64,000 nucleotides of DNA from a virus: the IMG/VR virus record IMGVR_UViG_3300045391_003842, positions 32,001 to 96,000 of that record. The stretch is one strand, 5' to 3'. The notes beneath the pieces are model-generated. The model worked only from the letters and a program-made list of their open reading frames with translations, had not been told where the DNA came from and did no database searches. Numbering within the stretch: the first letter of the stretch is position 1; the number at the start of each line of letters is the position of its first letter. A program made the position numbers and the translations under genes. This document shows positions 9,165 to 18,422 of the stretch, one piece after another.

Positions 9165-9490
9165 CCAGTCTTTAGCAAAACCCCTTCACGTGCATGTGGC
9201 GGCTCGTATTCAACGCGCTTCCAGGTGGACACCTCGGACTCTCCCGTCAGCATCAGGCACACCGCGACGTCCACGATCCCGCGCTGGTTGGAGATGTCGG
9301 AATGGAATGCCAGTCCAGCCGCATTGATGCAGGAGACCAGATCGCGCATGACACGGCGCGGAAAGAAGCCGATATGGATGGGGTAATAGACGTTGCGGCC
9401 GTCCGCGTCCGTGGCGTGCACATGCAGGTTGATGCGCACCTTGCCCCTGACCTTGGCGTCTAGCATCCCATCCGTAACGATATCTGACAT
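9161..9490 (-). CDS. Hypothetical protein
   Basis: 109 aa, GAGGACTC RBS. Confidence 0.65.
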   Translation of the reverse strand: MSDIVTDGMLDAKVRGKVRINLHVHATDADGRNVYYPIHIGFFPRRVMRDLVSCINAAGLAFHSDISNQRGIVDVAVCLMLTGESEVSTWKRVEYEPPHAREGVLLKTG

Positions 9491-9553
9491 GGCTCGAGTC
9501 CTCTCAGGTTGTCTGTTTGTCGAAAGTCTAGTGGTAGACTGTGGAATTTGGAA

Positions 9554-10240
9554 TCAAAAGACCAGAGAGAGTTGCCTGGATTCCCGTTCTGTTTTCTCAC
9601 GCTGTCGTGCACGCCGTGCGATGCCGGCCTTGATTGCCTCATGGCGACGCCTGGATTTGTCCAGCCGCCTCCGTATCCGGATTTGGGTCACCGCTTCCTT
9701 GCGGCGCGCTTCGGCATTGGCCCGCCATTCGGGTGTCGTGTGCCGGGTGCAGCGCCATGGCGTGAGCGTCGGGATCAGCTTGATGACGGGTTCAATCTCG
9801 GGACCATCCGTCCAGGTGCAGGACGCCCGACCGGCCTTGACGCTGACGGTAAACGCAACGTCGGGGAAGGCCTCCGTCAGCAAGGCCAGATAGCGCTTGC
9901 GGTCCGCGGCAGCCTCTTGCCGCTTGGCGATGCCGTCAGCCTTCGCAGCGGCCCGTTTGGCAGGCTCAGCGGCGCGGCGTGCGGCTTCCTTGATGTCCCA
10001 TTCGCGTAGCATCTCATCCAACTCAGCGCGTGTGGGCTCGCGGTGGAAATGGTACGGGACGAAATGGCCCTGGTATGGATTGCCAGCGGCCGTGCGCACG
10101 TCCAGCGGCGCCGGGCCGCCAATCCAGGACACGCAATGCGCCCGCATCCGACCGCGCCCGGCTTGGCCATAGCTGAATTCGATGTCGGGATACGTCTCGG
10201 CGAGACGCTGCTTGACATCGCGTATCGTGTGCTTGCTCAT
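9554..10240 (-). CDS. Protein with two LPD29-like (large polyvalent protein-associated) domains
   Basis: Internal repeat: LAETYPDIEFS...VSWIGGP and LTEAFPDVAFTVS...CTWTDGP. Confidence 0.6.
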   Translation of the reverse strand: MSKHTIRDVKQRLAETYPDIEFSYGQAGRGRMRAHCVSWIGGPAPLDVRTAAGNPYQGHFVPYHFHREPTRAELDEMLREWDIKEAARRAAEPAKRAAAKADGIAKRQEAAADRKRYLALLTEAFPDVAFTVSVKAGRASCTWTDGPEIEPVIKLIPTLTPWRCTRHTTPEWRANAEARRKEAVTQIRIRRRLDKSRRRHEAIKAGIARRARQREKTERESRQLSLVF

Positions 10241-10404
10241 GCTGCCAAATCCACGGCTCGAGTCTCGCCCTGCGTGCTGAACAGCACGATCTTGCCCGCC
10301 CAATCCAGCGCCAGGGTCCAGATGCGCCGGTTGGCGTCAAAGATGATGTCGCATGACACCGTGAAACCAGTGGGCAGAAGATAGCCTCGGAATTCGGTGC
10401 GCAT
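10237..10404 (-). CDS. Small hypothetical protein
   Basis: AAAGGACTC RBS, MRTEFRGYLLPTG..., ATGA coupling to the next gene. Not in the ORF track. Confidence 0.55.
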   Translation of the reverse strand: MRTEFRGYLLPTGFTVSCDIIFDANRRIWTLALDWAGKIVLFSTQGETRAVDLAA

Positions 10405-10441
10405 GGCCAGGAGTCCTTTCGTGCGGTGTTCTTATGTGTCA

Positions 10442-10470
10442 CTTATGCATGACAAACTTTAAGCTGTCAA
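10442..10470 (-). promoter_or_regulatory. Early-type sigma70 promoter, copy 6
   Basis: TTGACA-gcttaaagtttgtcatg-CATAAG. Confidence 0.8.
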
Positions 10471-10473
10471 CAC

Positions 10474-10785
10474 CTATCGTGCACGTTCAATGCGTTCGAT
10501 CGTCAGGCACCATGCCTTGCTGGACGGCTCAAAGCTTTGCCGTTTGTAGCCATGGCCATGGCACATGCGGACAAACTCGCGGTTTAGCTCAAACAGCATG
10601 GGCCAATGCTTACGCTGCGCCCCCTTGACGTTCAGTCTCGCCACGGTGATCTGGCTTTCCACCGCACGCATCGCGGCCGTGCGGGTTGGCTTGGTCGCCT
10701 CCCAGCGCTGATCAGGCTCGTTGTTCGGACCGATAACGACAGTTACGGACACCTTCCAGACAGGTGGCTTGCGCTTCAGGGCCAT
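10474..10785 (-). CDS. Hypothetical protein
   Basis: GGAGG RBS, in operon. Confidence 0.65.
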   Translation of the reverse strand: MALKRKPPVWKVSVTVVIGPNNEPDQRWEATKPTRTAAMRAVESQITVARLNVKGAQRKHWPMLFELNREFVRMCHGHGYKRQSFEPSSKAWCLTIERIERAR

Positions 10786-10788
10786 GGC

Positions 10789-11061
10789 TCAGTCCTCCAA
10801 CGATTTGGCTTTGGCCACAGCCATGTCGTGCCAGGAATGCCGCTCCAGATTGGTGATAATCTCCACCATGATGGCTGACGCTGTACTATCTGCGGTGTGG
10901 TGGTCGCCGATAAACCGGCGCCGTTTCATCTCACGCACGATCTTGCCGCGCTCGGCCCGCTCCGCCTTGCGCGTGAGCACGTTGCAAGTGCTATTGGCGA
11001 AGAACGAACGCGCCAGATAGGCCGCTGGAATGGCGCGCAATGGGTTGGTGCTCTTGGTCAT
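10789..11061 (-). CDS. Hypothetical protein
   Basis: AGGAG RBS, in operon. Confidence 0.65.
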   Translation of the reverse strand: MTKSTNPLRAIPAAYLARSFFANSTCNVLTRKAERAERGKIVREMKRRRFIGDHHTADSTASAIMVEIITNLERHSWHDMAVAKAKSLED

Positions 11062-11070
11062 GGCTCACTC

Positions 11071-11337
11071 CTACTGCAACGTTTCTTCGCGGATGCAAAC
11101 ATAGCAATTCGCGTCGCCGAAGGATTCCGGAACCGACTCCAGCGCCGCTTCCCACGTATCCGCCGTGGCCGGCGTGTAGTCCTCTTCCCGAATCTCGCAA
11201 AAATCTTTCAGGATGAGGTTTGTTAATTCCACTGCCTCAGCAACGGCCCGATCCTTGTCCGTGTACAGACGCATGACCAGACCTGGAACGCTGTAATGTT
11301 CGGCCATAACGATATGGATTGTCTGCGGCGTGCTCAT
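11071..11337 (-). CDS. Hypothetical protein
   Basis: GGAGA RBS, in operon. Confidence 0.65.
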   Translation of the reverse strand: MSTPQTIHIVMAEHYSVPGLVMRLYTDKDRAVAEAVELTNLILKDFCEIREEDYTPATADTWEAALESVPESFGDANCYVCIREETLQ

Positions 11338-11349
11338 GGCTGATTCTCC

Positions 11350-11553
11350 CTAGTCTTGTGTGGCAAGGTACGCGGTGATGACAGGGTGCGGCGTGCCATC
11401 CTCGGCGGGCGGGTAGTCGCAGCGGGCAAACCAGTTGCCCATGAACGGCACGGCCGTATGGTGGCAGGCGTCGCCGCCGCATTCCTCGCAGAACTCGAAT
11501 TCAAAGGTCTCTGCCAGCCATTGCGAGGCTGGAGTCGTGAGGTTGCTTGCCAT
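11350..11553 (-). CDS. Small Cys/His-rich protein
   Basis: CEECGG..HH...C motif, GGAGG RBS. Confidence 0.65.
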   Translation of the reverse strand: MASNLTTPASQWLAETFEFEFCEECGGDACHHTAVPFMGNWFARCDYPPAEDGTPHPVITAYLATQD

Positions 11554-11556
11554 GGT

Positions 11557-11790
11557 TCAGTCCTCCGTCGATGGCCTGATGTTGCGGCCCCTGGCATCGG
11601 TCAGGGCAGCGCCGTACCCCCTCGGCAGGCCAGTGCGCAGGGTGGTAAGCAGTTTGAGCATGGACTCGAGCGATACCCCTTCCTTGAACTCCAGGGCCAG
11701 ATGCAGGTGCGCCTTGTTACCCTCGAATCGGTACACGCGCAGGTTGCAGGGGTATTGAGTGTCGGTGCCTTTCGGCGCGTTCTTGGCCAT
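11557..11790 (-). CDS. Hypothetical protein
   Basis: Coupled ORF. Confidence 0.6.
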   Translation of the reverse strand: MAKNAPKGTDTQYPCNLRVYRFEGNKAHLHLALEFKEGVSLESMLKLLTTLRTGLPRGYGAALTDARGRNIRPSTED

Positions 11791-12149
11791 TATTCACCCT
11801 CCCGAAAGACCGTCCCGTGCAGATCGCCGAGAGACTGCACCATGGCGATGCAATCCGCATCCCTATGGTTCATCTCCGCCGCGATGCGGGCCGCCTCGCG
11901 CTTGGTACGCCAGCCGCGCTGGACCCGGACGTTGTAATGAGGATGCCGGCGCATTGGGACGTCAGGTTGTGCCGTCCGCATGGTGTAGCGGCCGTTGTAC
12001 GCCGGGTTGGTCCCGAACACATACCAGCCAGGGCCATAGCCAGGATCACGCCGCGCGAAGTGTTGGGTGAAATGGCCACCACGGAACCCGGTCAACTGGA
12101 TGATGACGGGCTGATCGCAGATGGTGGCGTTGATGCGCTCTTGCGCCAT
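11790..12149 (-). CDS. Hypothetical protein (start MAQERI)
   Basis: TAATG coupling. Confidence 0.6.
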   Translation of the reverse strand: MAQERINATICDQPVIIQLTGFRGGHFTQHFARRDPGYGPGWYVFGTNPAYNGRYTMRTAQPDVPMRRHPHYNVRVQRGWRTKREAARIAAEMNHRDADCIAMVQSLGDLHGTVFREGE

Positions 12150-12358
12150 TAGGACGCACTCCCCTTGGCCGCGCAATGCTTGCAGAGATAGGTTTGCAAA
12201 CGGCCGCCCGTGTAACTGTCAGCCGCTTTGGCGTCCTCGAAATAGTTGAAAGGTGTGACGGTGAGGCCGCAGACAGTATCGGCGCTGCGGAACGCCTTGG
12301 CCCGGTCAAATACGCCGGCCATCTTGTGGAACTTGCCGCCGTTCACTGAGATAAGCAT
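12149..12358 (-). CDS. Small Zn-finger-like protein (start MLISVN)
   Basis: H...CG...CKHC. AAAGGACTC RBS. Confidence 0.6.
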   Translation of the reverse strand: MLISVNGGKFHKMAGVFDRAKAFRSADTVCGLTVTPFNYFEDAKAADSYTGGRLQTYLCKHCAAKGSAS

Positions 12359-12398
12359 CCGATGAGTCCTTTCGTGGTTGCTGTCGTTGTTGATGTCA

Positions 12399-12427
12399 CT
12401 TCTATATGACACGACAGCTTAACGCAA
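12399..12427 (-). promoter_or_regulatory. Variant early promoter
   Basis: TTGCGT-17-TAGAAG with the same palindrome over the -10 box. Confidence 0.55.
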
Positions 12428-12448
12428 GGACTCTTTTTACATTGTCAC

Positions 12449-13072
12449 CTATACGTGACAGGATACTTTGACGTTATCGCGCAGGATGCAGGGCGATTGC
12501 CAGGGCAGGGCGAGAATGCCGGTCGCCAGGGCGCGTAGCTCCGCCGTGAAGTCGGCTATGGGCATGCGTGGCGTCATGGGTGGCTGTGTCTCACGCAGTA
12601 GGGTGGAGAGGCTGGCCCAGAGCGCCAACAGGTGGTCTGCCATCGATAGCGCCTGCGATGGGAACTCGACGTACGACTCCGCATGCAGCCAATCCATGAG
12701 CGCGCTGCGTCTGAGACGGGCGGTGATCAGCGCCGGCTCGTTGCCCAGGAATTGGAACATCAGGTTGATGTCGGAGGCCACGGTGCGCAGCGCGCCGGTC
12801 ATGTCGTTCTGCGTGAGACTGGCGGGTGCCAGGGACAGACGGAAGAACCACAGCGTGAGCGCACCATCCACGGTGAGCGTGAAGCGGTATTGGTGCAGGC
12901 CCTTCTGCGTCGGGCTGTCGGTGATCGGCCGGGCGCAGCCTGCCAGGAGCGTGAGGCGCAACAACCGATGCGGCAGGGGCAGCGTGCAATCCAGCCGGCC
13001 GGGAATGGGCTGGGACGCCGTAGGCACACATGCGTTGGGGCTGGAACTGATTAAGGGGTTGGGGAGTGTCAT
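12449..13072 (-). CDS. Hypothetical protein
   Basis: 207-aa ORF, first gene of the leftward block. Confidence 0.55.
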   Translation of the reverse strand: MTLPNPLISSSPNACVPTASQPIPGRLDCTLPLPHRLLRLTLLAGCARPITDSPTQKGLHQYRFTLTVDGALTLWFFRLSLAPASLTQNDMTGALRTVASDINLMFQFLGNEPALITARLRRSALMDWLHAESYVEFPSQALSMADHLLALWASLSTLLRETQPPMTPRMPIADFTAELRALATGILALPWQSPCILRDNVKVSCHV

Positions 13073-13622
13073 GTCTATCTCTCTGGCGGCTGATTGGGCT
13101 TTTAGTGCAGGGCCATCATAACGTGTGGGATGTCATGCGATGGTGACGTTTGTGTGATATATCGGTAAAGTCACGCGTTGAAATGTTTAGTTATGCCATT
13201 TTTTGGCGGTATCTCTAGGGTTGTGTTGTGGCATAGACGATTCGATAGATAATTCTGCTATTGTCCGTCCTATGCATTATGAAGATATGATATAAGTGTT
13301 ATCGTTGCATATAAGGCTAGATATAACGGCTTCACGCTCGACATGGAGCCTTAATGGGGAGATTATTTAATTGGCTTGACTTTACCACCAAAAAACAAGG
13401 ATTCAGGCCTGTTTTAGGGGTTATTCTCATGGTTCGACGCGTGACTTGACCGATCATATTATCACAGTTTTTGTTTTATTTCTGTTGACATGGTCTAAAT
13501 TGTTAGGCACATTATGGAATCACGGTAATGATTGACTGGTTTACGAGGCTTAAAGTATGATCGCAGATGCGTCTAGTCCGCAAAACCATGGTCCGAGGTG
13601 TAGTTTGTAATGAGTTTCATAA

Positions 13623-14240
13623 ATGACACGATTTAATTGGGATAATTTCCCGCCTGGAGCCACGCGCACTTTTCATAATTGCAGTCGTGGTTCTGCGATA
13701 TCCAGCTTCCGTAAGTTTTGCGAGGTGCGCGGCCCGGACTGGAGAACCGCACAGATCAAAACGCGGACCGAAAACCCATTGCAGCGCAAGGGGTGGTATG
13801 GATTCGTTCACTGCACGCGCGTTGTGGCTGGCATGGATGCCAGTACGGATATCATAAAAGAGCACATGGTTGATCCTAAGATGGTCCCGTGCCATGTGCG
13901 CAAACGCGGCTTCAGTCACGATAAAATGGAACTGATCAAAGCCTATGGCAAAATCCACGTCCTTGATCTGCGTTTGCTACCGGAAGATACGATAGCCTAC
14001 CTATGGAAGACCCGGAACCAAAACGCGCGGGTTAGTCGGGTGCGCTGGGAGTTCATGGAGATAGGCGAAAGCGTGGCGGTCACCATGTCACCATCCATCT
14101 TATCGAAGCTGATACCCAACACGCTTATCGGAAAGATGATGTTCCTGCGTTTTCATATCAGGCGGTGCTCCACGCCACTGTCTGAAGCGCATGGAAACGG
14201 TGCCAATAAGCGATGGTATATGGTCACCCGTGTTGAATAG
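13623..14240 (+). CDS. Hypothetical basic protein
   Basis: 205-aa ORF after an AT-rich gap, followed by a hairpin. Confidence 0.65.
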   Translation: MTRFNWDNFPPGATRTFHNCSRGSAISSFRKFCEVRGPDWRTAQIKTRTENPLQRKGWYGFVHCTRVVAGMDASTDIIKEHMVDPKMVPCHVRKRGFSHDKMELIKAYGKIHVLDLRLLPEDTIAYLWKTRNQNARVSRVRWEFMEIGESVAVTMSPSILSKLIPNTLIGKMMFLRFHIRRCSTPLSEAHGNGANKRWYMVTRVE

Positions 14241-14262
14241 AACGAACCGTTTTGTATGACAT

Positions 14263-14298
14263 GGGAGGGTGCCACCCTTTGCGGTAGCACCCTCTTTT
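14263..14298 (+). terminator. Intrinsic terminator
   Basis: GGGAGGGTGC...GCACCCTCTTTT. Confidence 0.6.
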
Positions 14299-14372
14299 CG
14301 GGTAAGGTTGAAAAATGCGGAAATGATCGAAGCGAACCGCTTTGATCGGAACTTTACTTCGGAGCGGAAGCG

Positions 14373-14876
14373 ATGGGAGCGGACACGCCTAGCTTGGTCC
14401 AGGCGCGGGCAGACTGGAGAAGCGATGAGAAGCGTACGGCGCGTGCGGCCGTGTCAGCGAAAACCACGATGATGGTCCCGCCCATGGTGCTCTTGGAAGC
14501 GGAGCGCATGGCGTCGCAGATGATGACGATAGATCAGATCGGCGCGGCGCTGGGGTTTCCCTTGGATGTCTGGGGAGCGATGCTGTACCACACGACAGAG
14601 ATTGCCGATGCGGTGCGACGCGGCAAAGCGCGCGGGATCGATATCGCTACCCGCGCCATGGTCAAGAACGTGGAAGCAGGGGATTCCAGCATGGTCAAGT
14701 TTATGCTGGAGCGCAGCGCGCCGCAGTTCGCCAAGCAGGATGGACCCGCCGTCGTGATCCATACCGACAACCCGCTCCAGATCGATGCCGGGCGGCTTCA
14801 GGAACGCATCCGGGAGCAACAGAAGCTGATTGAAGGAAAGGCGGAGCCGGTTGCGGATCCACCATCCCAGATCTGA
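14373..14876 (+). CDS. Terminase small subunit-like HTH protein
   Basis: HTH (MTIDQIGAALG) followed by EIADAVRRGKARG...VEAGDSSMVKFMLER, a pattern typical of TerS-like proteins. Confidence 0.55.
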   Translation: MGADTPSLVQARADWRSDEKRTARAAVSAKTTMMVPPMVLLEAERMASQMMTIDQIGAALGFPLDVWGAMLYHTTEIADAVRRGKARGIDIATRAMVKNVEAGDSSMVKFMLERSAPQFAKQDGPAVVIHTDNPLQIDAGRLQERIREQQKLIEGKAEPVADPPSQI

Positions 14877-14877
14877 C

Positions 14878-15090
14878 CTAAGCCGGTTTGTGGCATTGCG
14901 TGCATGAGCCGCCATAGATCGGCGTCCAACACCATGGGCTTGCCTGTCGCCAATGCCAATGCGGTGCGCCGCGCGGCATGACCACATGAGCGGTAGACGT
15001 TGGCTCCCATGGGATGGCGTCCTGTGCGCACGCGTCGCAGTAGATGACGCGTCCCGTAGCCGGCGCGCGATGTCCGTTGAAATAGGCCAT
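14878..15090 (-). CDS. Small Zn-finger-like protein
   Basis: YCDACA...CTQC. GGGACTC RBS. Confidence 0.55.
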   Translation of the reverse strand: MAYFNGHRAPATGRVIYCDACAQDAIPWEPTSTAHVVMPRGAPHWHWRQASPWCWTPIYGGSCTQCHKPA

Positions 15091-15127
15091 GCCTCGAGTC
15101 CCTCTATGCTTGCTTGTGGTGAATGGA

Positions 15128-15595
15128 TTAGCGGCGGATCACAGTCACAGACGTGAACTCTTCTCGCGCACTGACCGGCGCACCACCCATGGATCGCGTG
15201 TTGTGGACGCGAAGATGGCACGGCATCCAACCGGTTGACTTGCCCACGTTGAATCGCTCTGTCGTGCCGTCCGGATGCGTCACCATGACGCGTGCGCCTT
15301 CCAAGCCCATAAGCTTCGGGTGCAACTCCATAGGGCAGCGTACGCGCTTCTCAGCGGCATGCCGTGCGCCCTCGGCCATGTTGCGCCGGTACTGCGCGTA
15401 GGACTCGAGCGTGCCACGCTCTGCCGTGTTGCGAAGGTCAAGCCGATTGAGCCAGACAGCTACCGCGTTGGTCCGCTGTATGGTGACGTCGAAACCAAGA
15501 CAGGAATAGCCATTGCCTTCCTTGATAGCGAATAGCTCCTGTTCCGTGTTGACTGTCACGGGGTTGTCTTTGGTCGGCACTGTGGTGGCAGGCAT
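15128..15595 (-). CDS. Conserved-type phage hypothetical protein
   Basis: RFNVGKSTGWMPCHL...SMGG motif. AAGGACTC RBS. Confidence 0.7.
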   Translation of the reverse strand: MPATTVPTKDNPVTVNTEQELFAIKEGNGYSCLGFDVTIQRTNAVAVWLNRLDLRNTAERGTLESYAQYRRNMAEGARHAAEKRVRCPMELHPKLMGLEGARVMVTHPDGTTERFNVGKSTGWMPCHLRVHNTRSMGGAPVSAREEFTSVTVIRR

Positions 15596-15668
15596 GATCT
15601 GGAGTCCTTGTGTCTGGGGCTGTGGTACGCGTGTAGCTGAAGGTTGGCAGAGCGGGTTGACGTAGAGG

Positions 15669-15878
15669 CTAAGACACATCTTCTCCGTCAATCTCTACCA
15701 AATCAGCATCGCCATCCTGACTTGCCTCCCCAGTTACAGAACCGCCGTTTTCGTCGGAGTCGAAATTGGCGTCAGCACAGTCAAAGATTTTGTTCAGCTT
15801 CGCACGGGCATCCGCTTCTGTCTCGGCCTTGATGCGGATAGCAGCGAATAGTTTCACATCAAACAGATATTCATGCAT
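15669..15878 (-). CDS. Small acidic hypothetical protein
   Basis: 69 aa, AAGGGAC RBS. Confidence 0.6.
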   Translation of the reverse strand: MHEYLFDVKLFAAIRIKAETEADARAKLNKIFDCADANFDSDENGGSVTGEASQDGDADLVEIDGEDVS

Positions 15879-15920
15879 GGTTGTGGTCCCTTGGTTTGGG
15901 TTGTGGGTTGTCTGGGAAGG

Positions 15921-16103
15921 CTAGGCGTTAGCCGGTTGACTGTTCATGTGGCCAGTGTCCAGCCACGCTTTAAGCCAGCCATCAGCCCATAGGCGCGCCA
16001 CATAGGTGTTAGGCGTTCCGGGGTTGTCCGATAGGGATTTGTTGGCTTGGTAGTCCAGCCTGCCCCAACGTGGCATGGTCAAAGCCGCTCTGGCGTATGT
16101 CAT
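15921..16103 (-). CDS. Small hypothetical protein (NP...W..GW pattern)
   Basis: GAGGACTC RBS, ATGA coupling. Confidence 0.5.
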   Translation of the reverse strand: MTYARAALTMPRWGRLDYQANKSLSDNPGTPNTYVARLWADGWLKAWLDTGHMNSQPANA

Positions 16104-16525
16104 TGGTCGGAGTCCTCAATCGCGTCACCATCGGAATCATCTGGCGCGTAAGCACACTCAATAGGCTGGTTTGTGGCGCAGCATATCATGTCGGAGTCTT
16201 CGTAATTTATATCGCACGATACTATGCGCCACCCATCGTTAGCCTTAGTCGCTACGGATTGTATGATCTGTCGCAGGTTGGCTATGGCACCGTCAAAAGA
16301 CATGGTGTCGTTATCATCTGTTAGGAGGTACAGTGGATAGCAACCTAAGTCCGTGTAATTGCCACTACGCAAGGTCGCTTTGAGTTCGTGTACCGTGTCA
16401 ATTTCCGCATGGGTGTAGCGGTATTGCTTGCGGAGCGGCGGAAATTTGGACCAATTGGCGACTCGCGTATCGAACAAATCGCCATTGGACGTAATGAACA
16501 GATGGGTGGGCAAGGGACGGGACAT
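16100..16525 (-). CDS. Conserved-type phage hypothetical protein
   Basis: GCYPLY...GWRIV..DINYED...C...IECAY motif. Confidence 0.7.
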   Translation of the reverse strand: MSRPLPTHLFITSNGDLFDTRVANWSKFPPLRKQYRYTHAEIDTVHELKATLRSGNYTDLGCYPLYLLTDDNDTMSFDGAIANLRQIIQSVATKANDGWRIVSCDINYEDSDMICCATNQPIECAYAPDDSDGDAIEDSDQ

Positions 16526-16646
16526 GACGCGAATCCTTTGGTCTTGGGTTGATAGGGATAGCCAAGCCTTACGCAAGGCGGAGCGTGGATTGTGTGGGCT
16601 TTAGGGTGCTCCGCCTAACGTCAGTATTGGTACGGGCTGGAGGTGG

Positions 16647-16766
16647 CTACCATCGATAGCCGTTGCGTCGATTGTGCTTGATGGTAGCTACAACGTCGGG
16701 GCCGAATGCGATGATAGCCGGTACCACAACGGGCAGCATGTATAGCAGGAATATCAGAAACGTCAT
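16647..16766 (-). CDS. 39-aa membrane peptide
   Basis: MTFLIFLLYMLPVVVPAIIAFGPDVVATIKHNRRNGYRW. Starts just after the upstream stop. Confidence 0.45.
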   Translation of the reverse strand: MTFLIFLLYMLPVVVPAIIAFGPDVVATIKHNRRNGYRW

Positions 16767-16769
16767 GAC

Positions 16770-17345
16770 TTAGGCCTCTACCTCGCGCCACCCGTTGGGG
16801 ATGTCTTGTGTGGTGGATACAACGTCCGTCACGGTCATGTCGTACCGATTGTAAGGAACACGGGCATAGGAGTCGATCTTGACTCCGTTCACCTCAACCC
16901 ATGGCGACAACAGGAAATTCCAGCCAAAGGGATGATACCGCGCGAATTCGGAGTCGGGGCTGGGAGGTGATTGCGGCTTGCGTCCCTTGTGCGCCGGGTA
17001 ATAGCTGGCCAAAAACCAATCCCGCGCGTCCTGCTCACTGGCTGGCTTGTGCGGCATGACCATGCGGAACGCCACGTTGCCACGGCGGTTTACGGCGGGT
17101 ATCGGTCCGGCGCAATAGATCATTTCGTTTGTAGCGATACGTTCGCCACGGGCATAGGCTTGCGTTCCCGGATCGATAGGGGTTTTCGTCACGTAGCGTG
17201 CGGCGGGATAGTGGCCACCTCGAATGATGACGGTGCATGGCGTGGCTTCTGTCACGTGGGGCAAGGTCAGAAGATACGCGACTATATCCTGGGGAGGTGT
17301 CATCAAGCCTTTGTTGGGGATGGTTTGTGAGGTGGCTACGGTCAT
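16770..17345 (-). CDS. Hypothetical protein (start MTVATS)
   Basis: AAAGGACTC RBS. Confidence 0.65.
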   Translation of the reverse strand: MTVATSQTIPNKGLMTPPQDIVAYLLTLPHVTEATPCTVIIRGGHYPAARYVTKTPIDPGTQAYARGERIATNEMIYCAGPIPAVNRRGNVAFRMVMPHKPASEQDARDWFLASYYPAHKGRKPQSPPSPDSEFARYHPFGWNFLLSPWVEVNGVKIDSYARVPYNRYDMTVTDVVSTTQDIPNGWREVEA

Positions 17346-17407
17346 GGTCCGAGTCCTTTGGTTGTGTTTGATACTGCTATCCCAAACCATGGCGCACCAT
17401 GGCTTGA

Positions 17408-17439
17408 GAAAGCAGGGGAGGGTTTGCGCCTCCCCACGC
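17408..17439 (-). terminator. Intrinsic terminator after the DUF932 gene
   Basis: GGGGAGG-cgcaaac-CCTCCCC then GCTTTC on the minus strand. Confidence 0.55.
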
Positions 17440-17444
17440 TTAGG

Positions 17445-18422
17445 CTAGGCTTGTGCGTAGTCTAGCGCCATGTCGCGCGCCTTGTTCTTTAGCTCATCCC
17501 CACGTCCGAACATGGTATTATTGAACCGATTGACGTCCGTTGTCGCGGCCGTTCCCATGGCATGGTCGGCGTACTCCGTGACAGCATTCAGCCAGCCCCA
17601 TACGGTGCCACGGACTCCGTCAAGATCAGAACCAAGCCCCTTGCCCATGAACCGTTCCAGAATGCCAGGGGTTGACTTGTCGTTAGCCGCTTCGCCTAAA
17701 AGCTTTTCGGTCATGGTTTCTGCCATATCGCCAGACAGACGGGTTTCGCCGAGGTGGCGCATTTGATCCATGAACGCGGTAAAGGTCTTAGGCGCAACGC
17801 CAAGCTTGTCCTGTATCTTGGCGATGTCAAACTTACTGCGATGGCTGATTGATACCGTGCCATCCTTGTGCTTCTCAGACAGCGCCATGGCCAGCGTGTT
17901 GGCGCATACGATCCGGGTTGACGTGTGCTTGGCAACCGTGGCCAGGGAACCATCTGCGGACGTGATAAGGCTGAGATACCCGCGCACCAAATCCCGATTG
18001 TCCAACACGGCTTGTTCGCCGATCTTGGCGCATACCAGATAACGCTTGCCACCTCCAAGAGACATCATGGTGGATATTTCCAGCCCGATGCCGCGCAATA
18101 GGTTGTCAAAGAAACCGATTATTTCAGCCGGCTGTACGATCTTGTACTTGTCAGACACAATCCCCAGATCAGCGCCGGTATCACTGCGATGCAGAACGCG
18201 CTTGTCGTCAATCGTCATGACTCGGCCTTCCGGCTGGCCAGCTACCTTGGCGCGATACACCACCCGAGAGGCTTCCACGCGCCAATCCAGACCCGCCGCT
18301 TTCTCCCATTCCGTGAGGCTTGCGCCGGCCGTCATGATCTGGCCAAGGCCGTGCCAAGGCTTATCGCCGATATAGGCCATTTCCACGGTACCATCGTTAC
18401 GCACGGTAAGGTCATGAGACAT
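17445..18422 (-). CDS. DUF932 / phage-plasmid protein (TIGR03299-like)
   Basis: MAYIGDKPWHGLG, AAGLDWRV, LGIVSDKYKIVQPAEI, RIVCANTL, GTVWGWLNAVTEYADH. Confidence 0.9.
   Translation of the reverse strand: MSHDLTVRNDGTVEMAYIGDKPWHGLGQIMTAGASLTEWEKAAGLDWRVEASRVVYRAKVAGQPEGRVMTIDDKRVLHRSDTGADLGIVSDKYKIVQPAEIIGFFDNLLRGIGLEISTMMSLGGGKRYLVCAKIGEQAVLDNRDLVRGYLSLITSADGSLATVAKHTSTRIVCANTLAMALSEKHKDGTVSISHRSKFDIAKIQDKLGVAPKTFTAFMDQMRHLGETRLSGDMAETMTEKLLGEAANDKSTPGILERFMGKGLGSDLDGVRGTVWGWLNAVTEYADHAMGTAATTDVNRFNNTMFGRGDELKNKARDMALDYAQA

Noticed and set aside
16647-16766. Imm-type superinfection immunity protein
   Set aside because: Only a weak LYxLP resemblance in a 39-aa peptide, which is not enough to assign a function.
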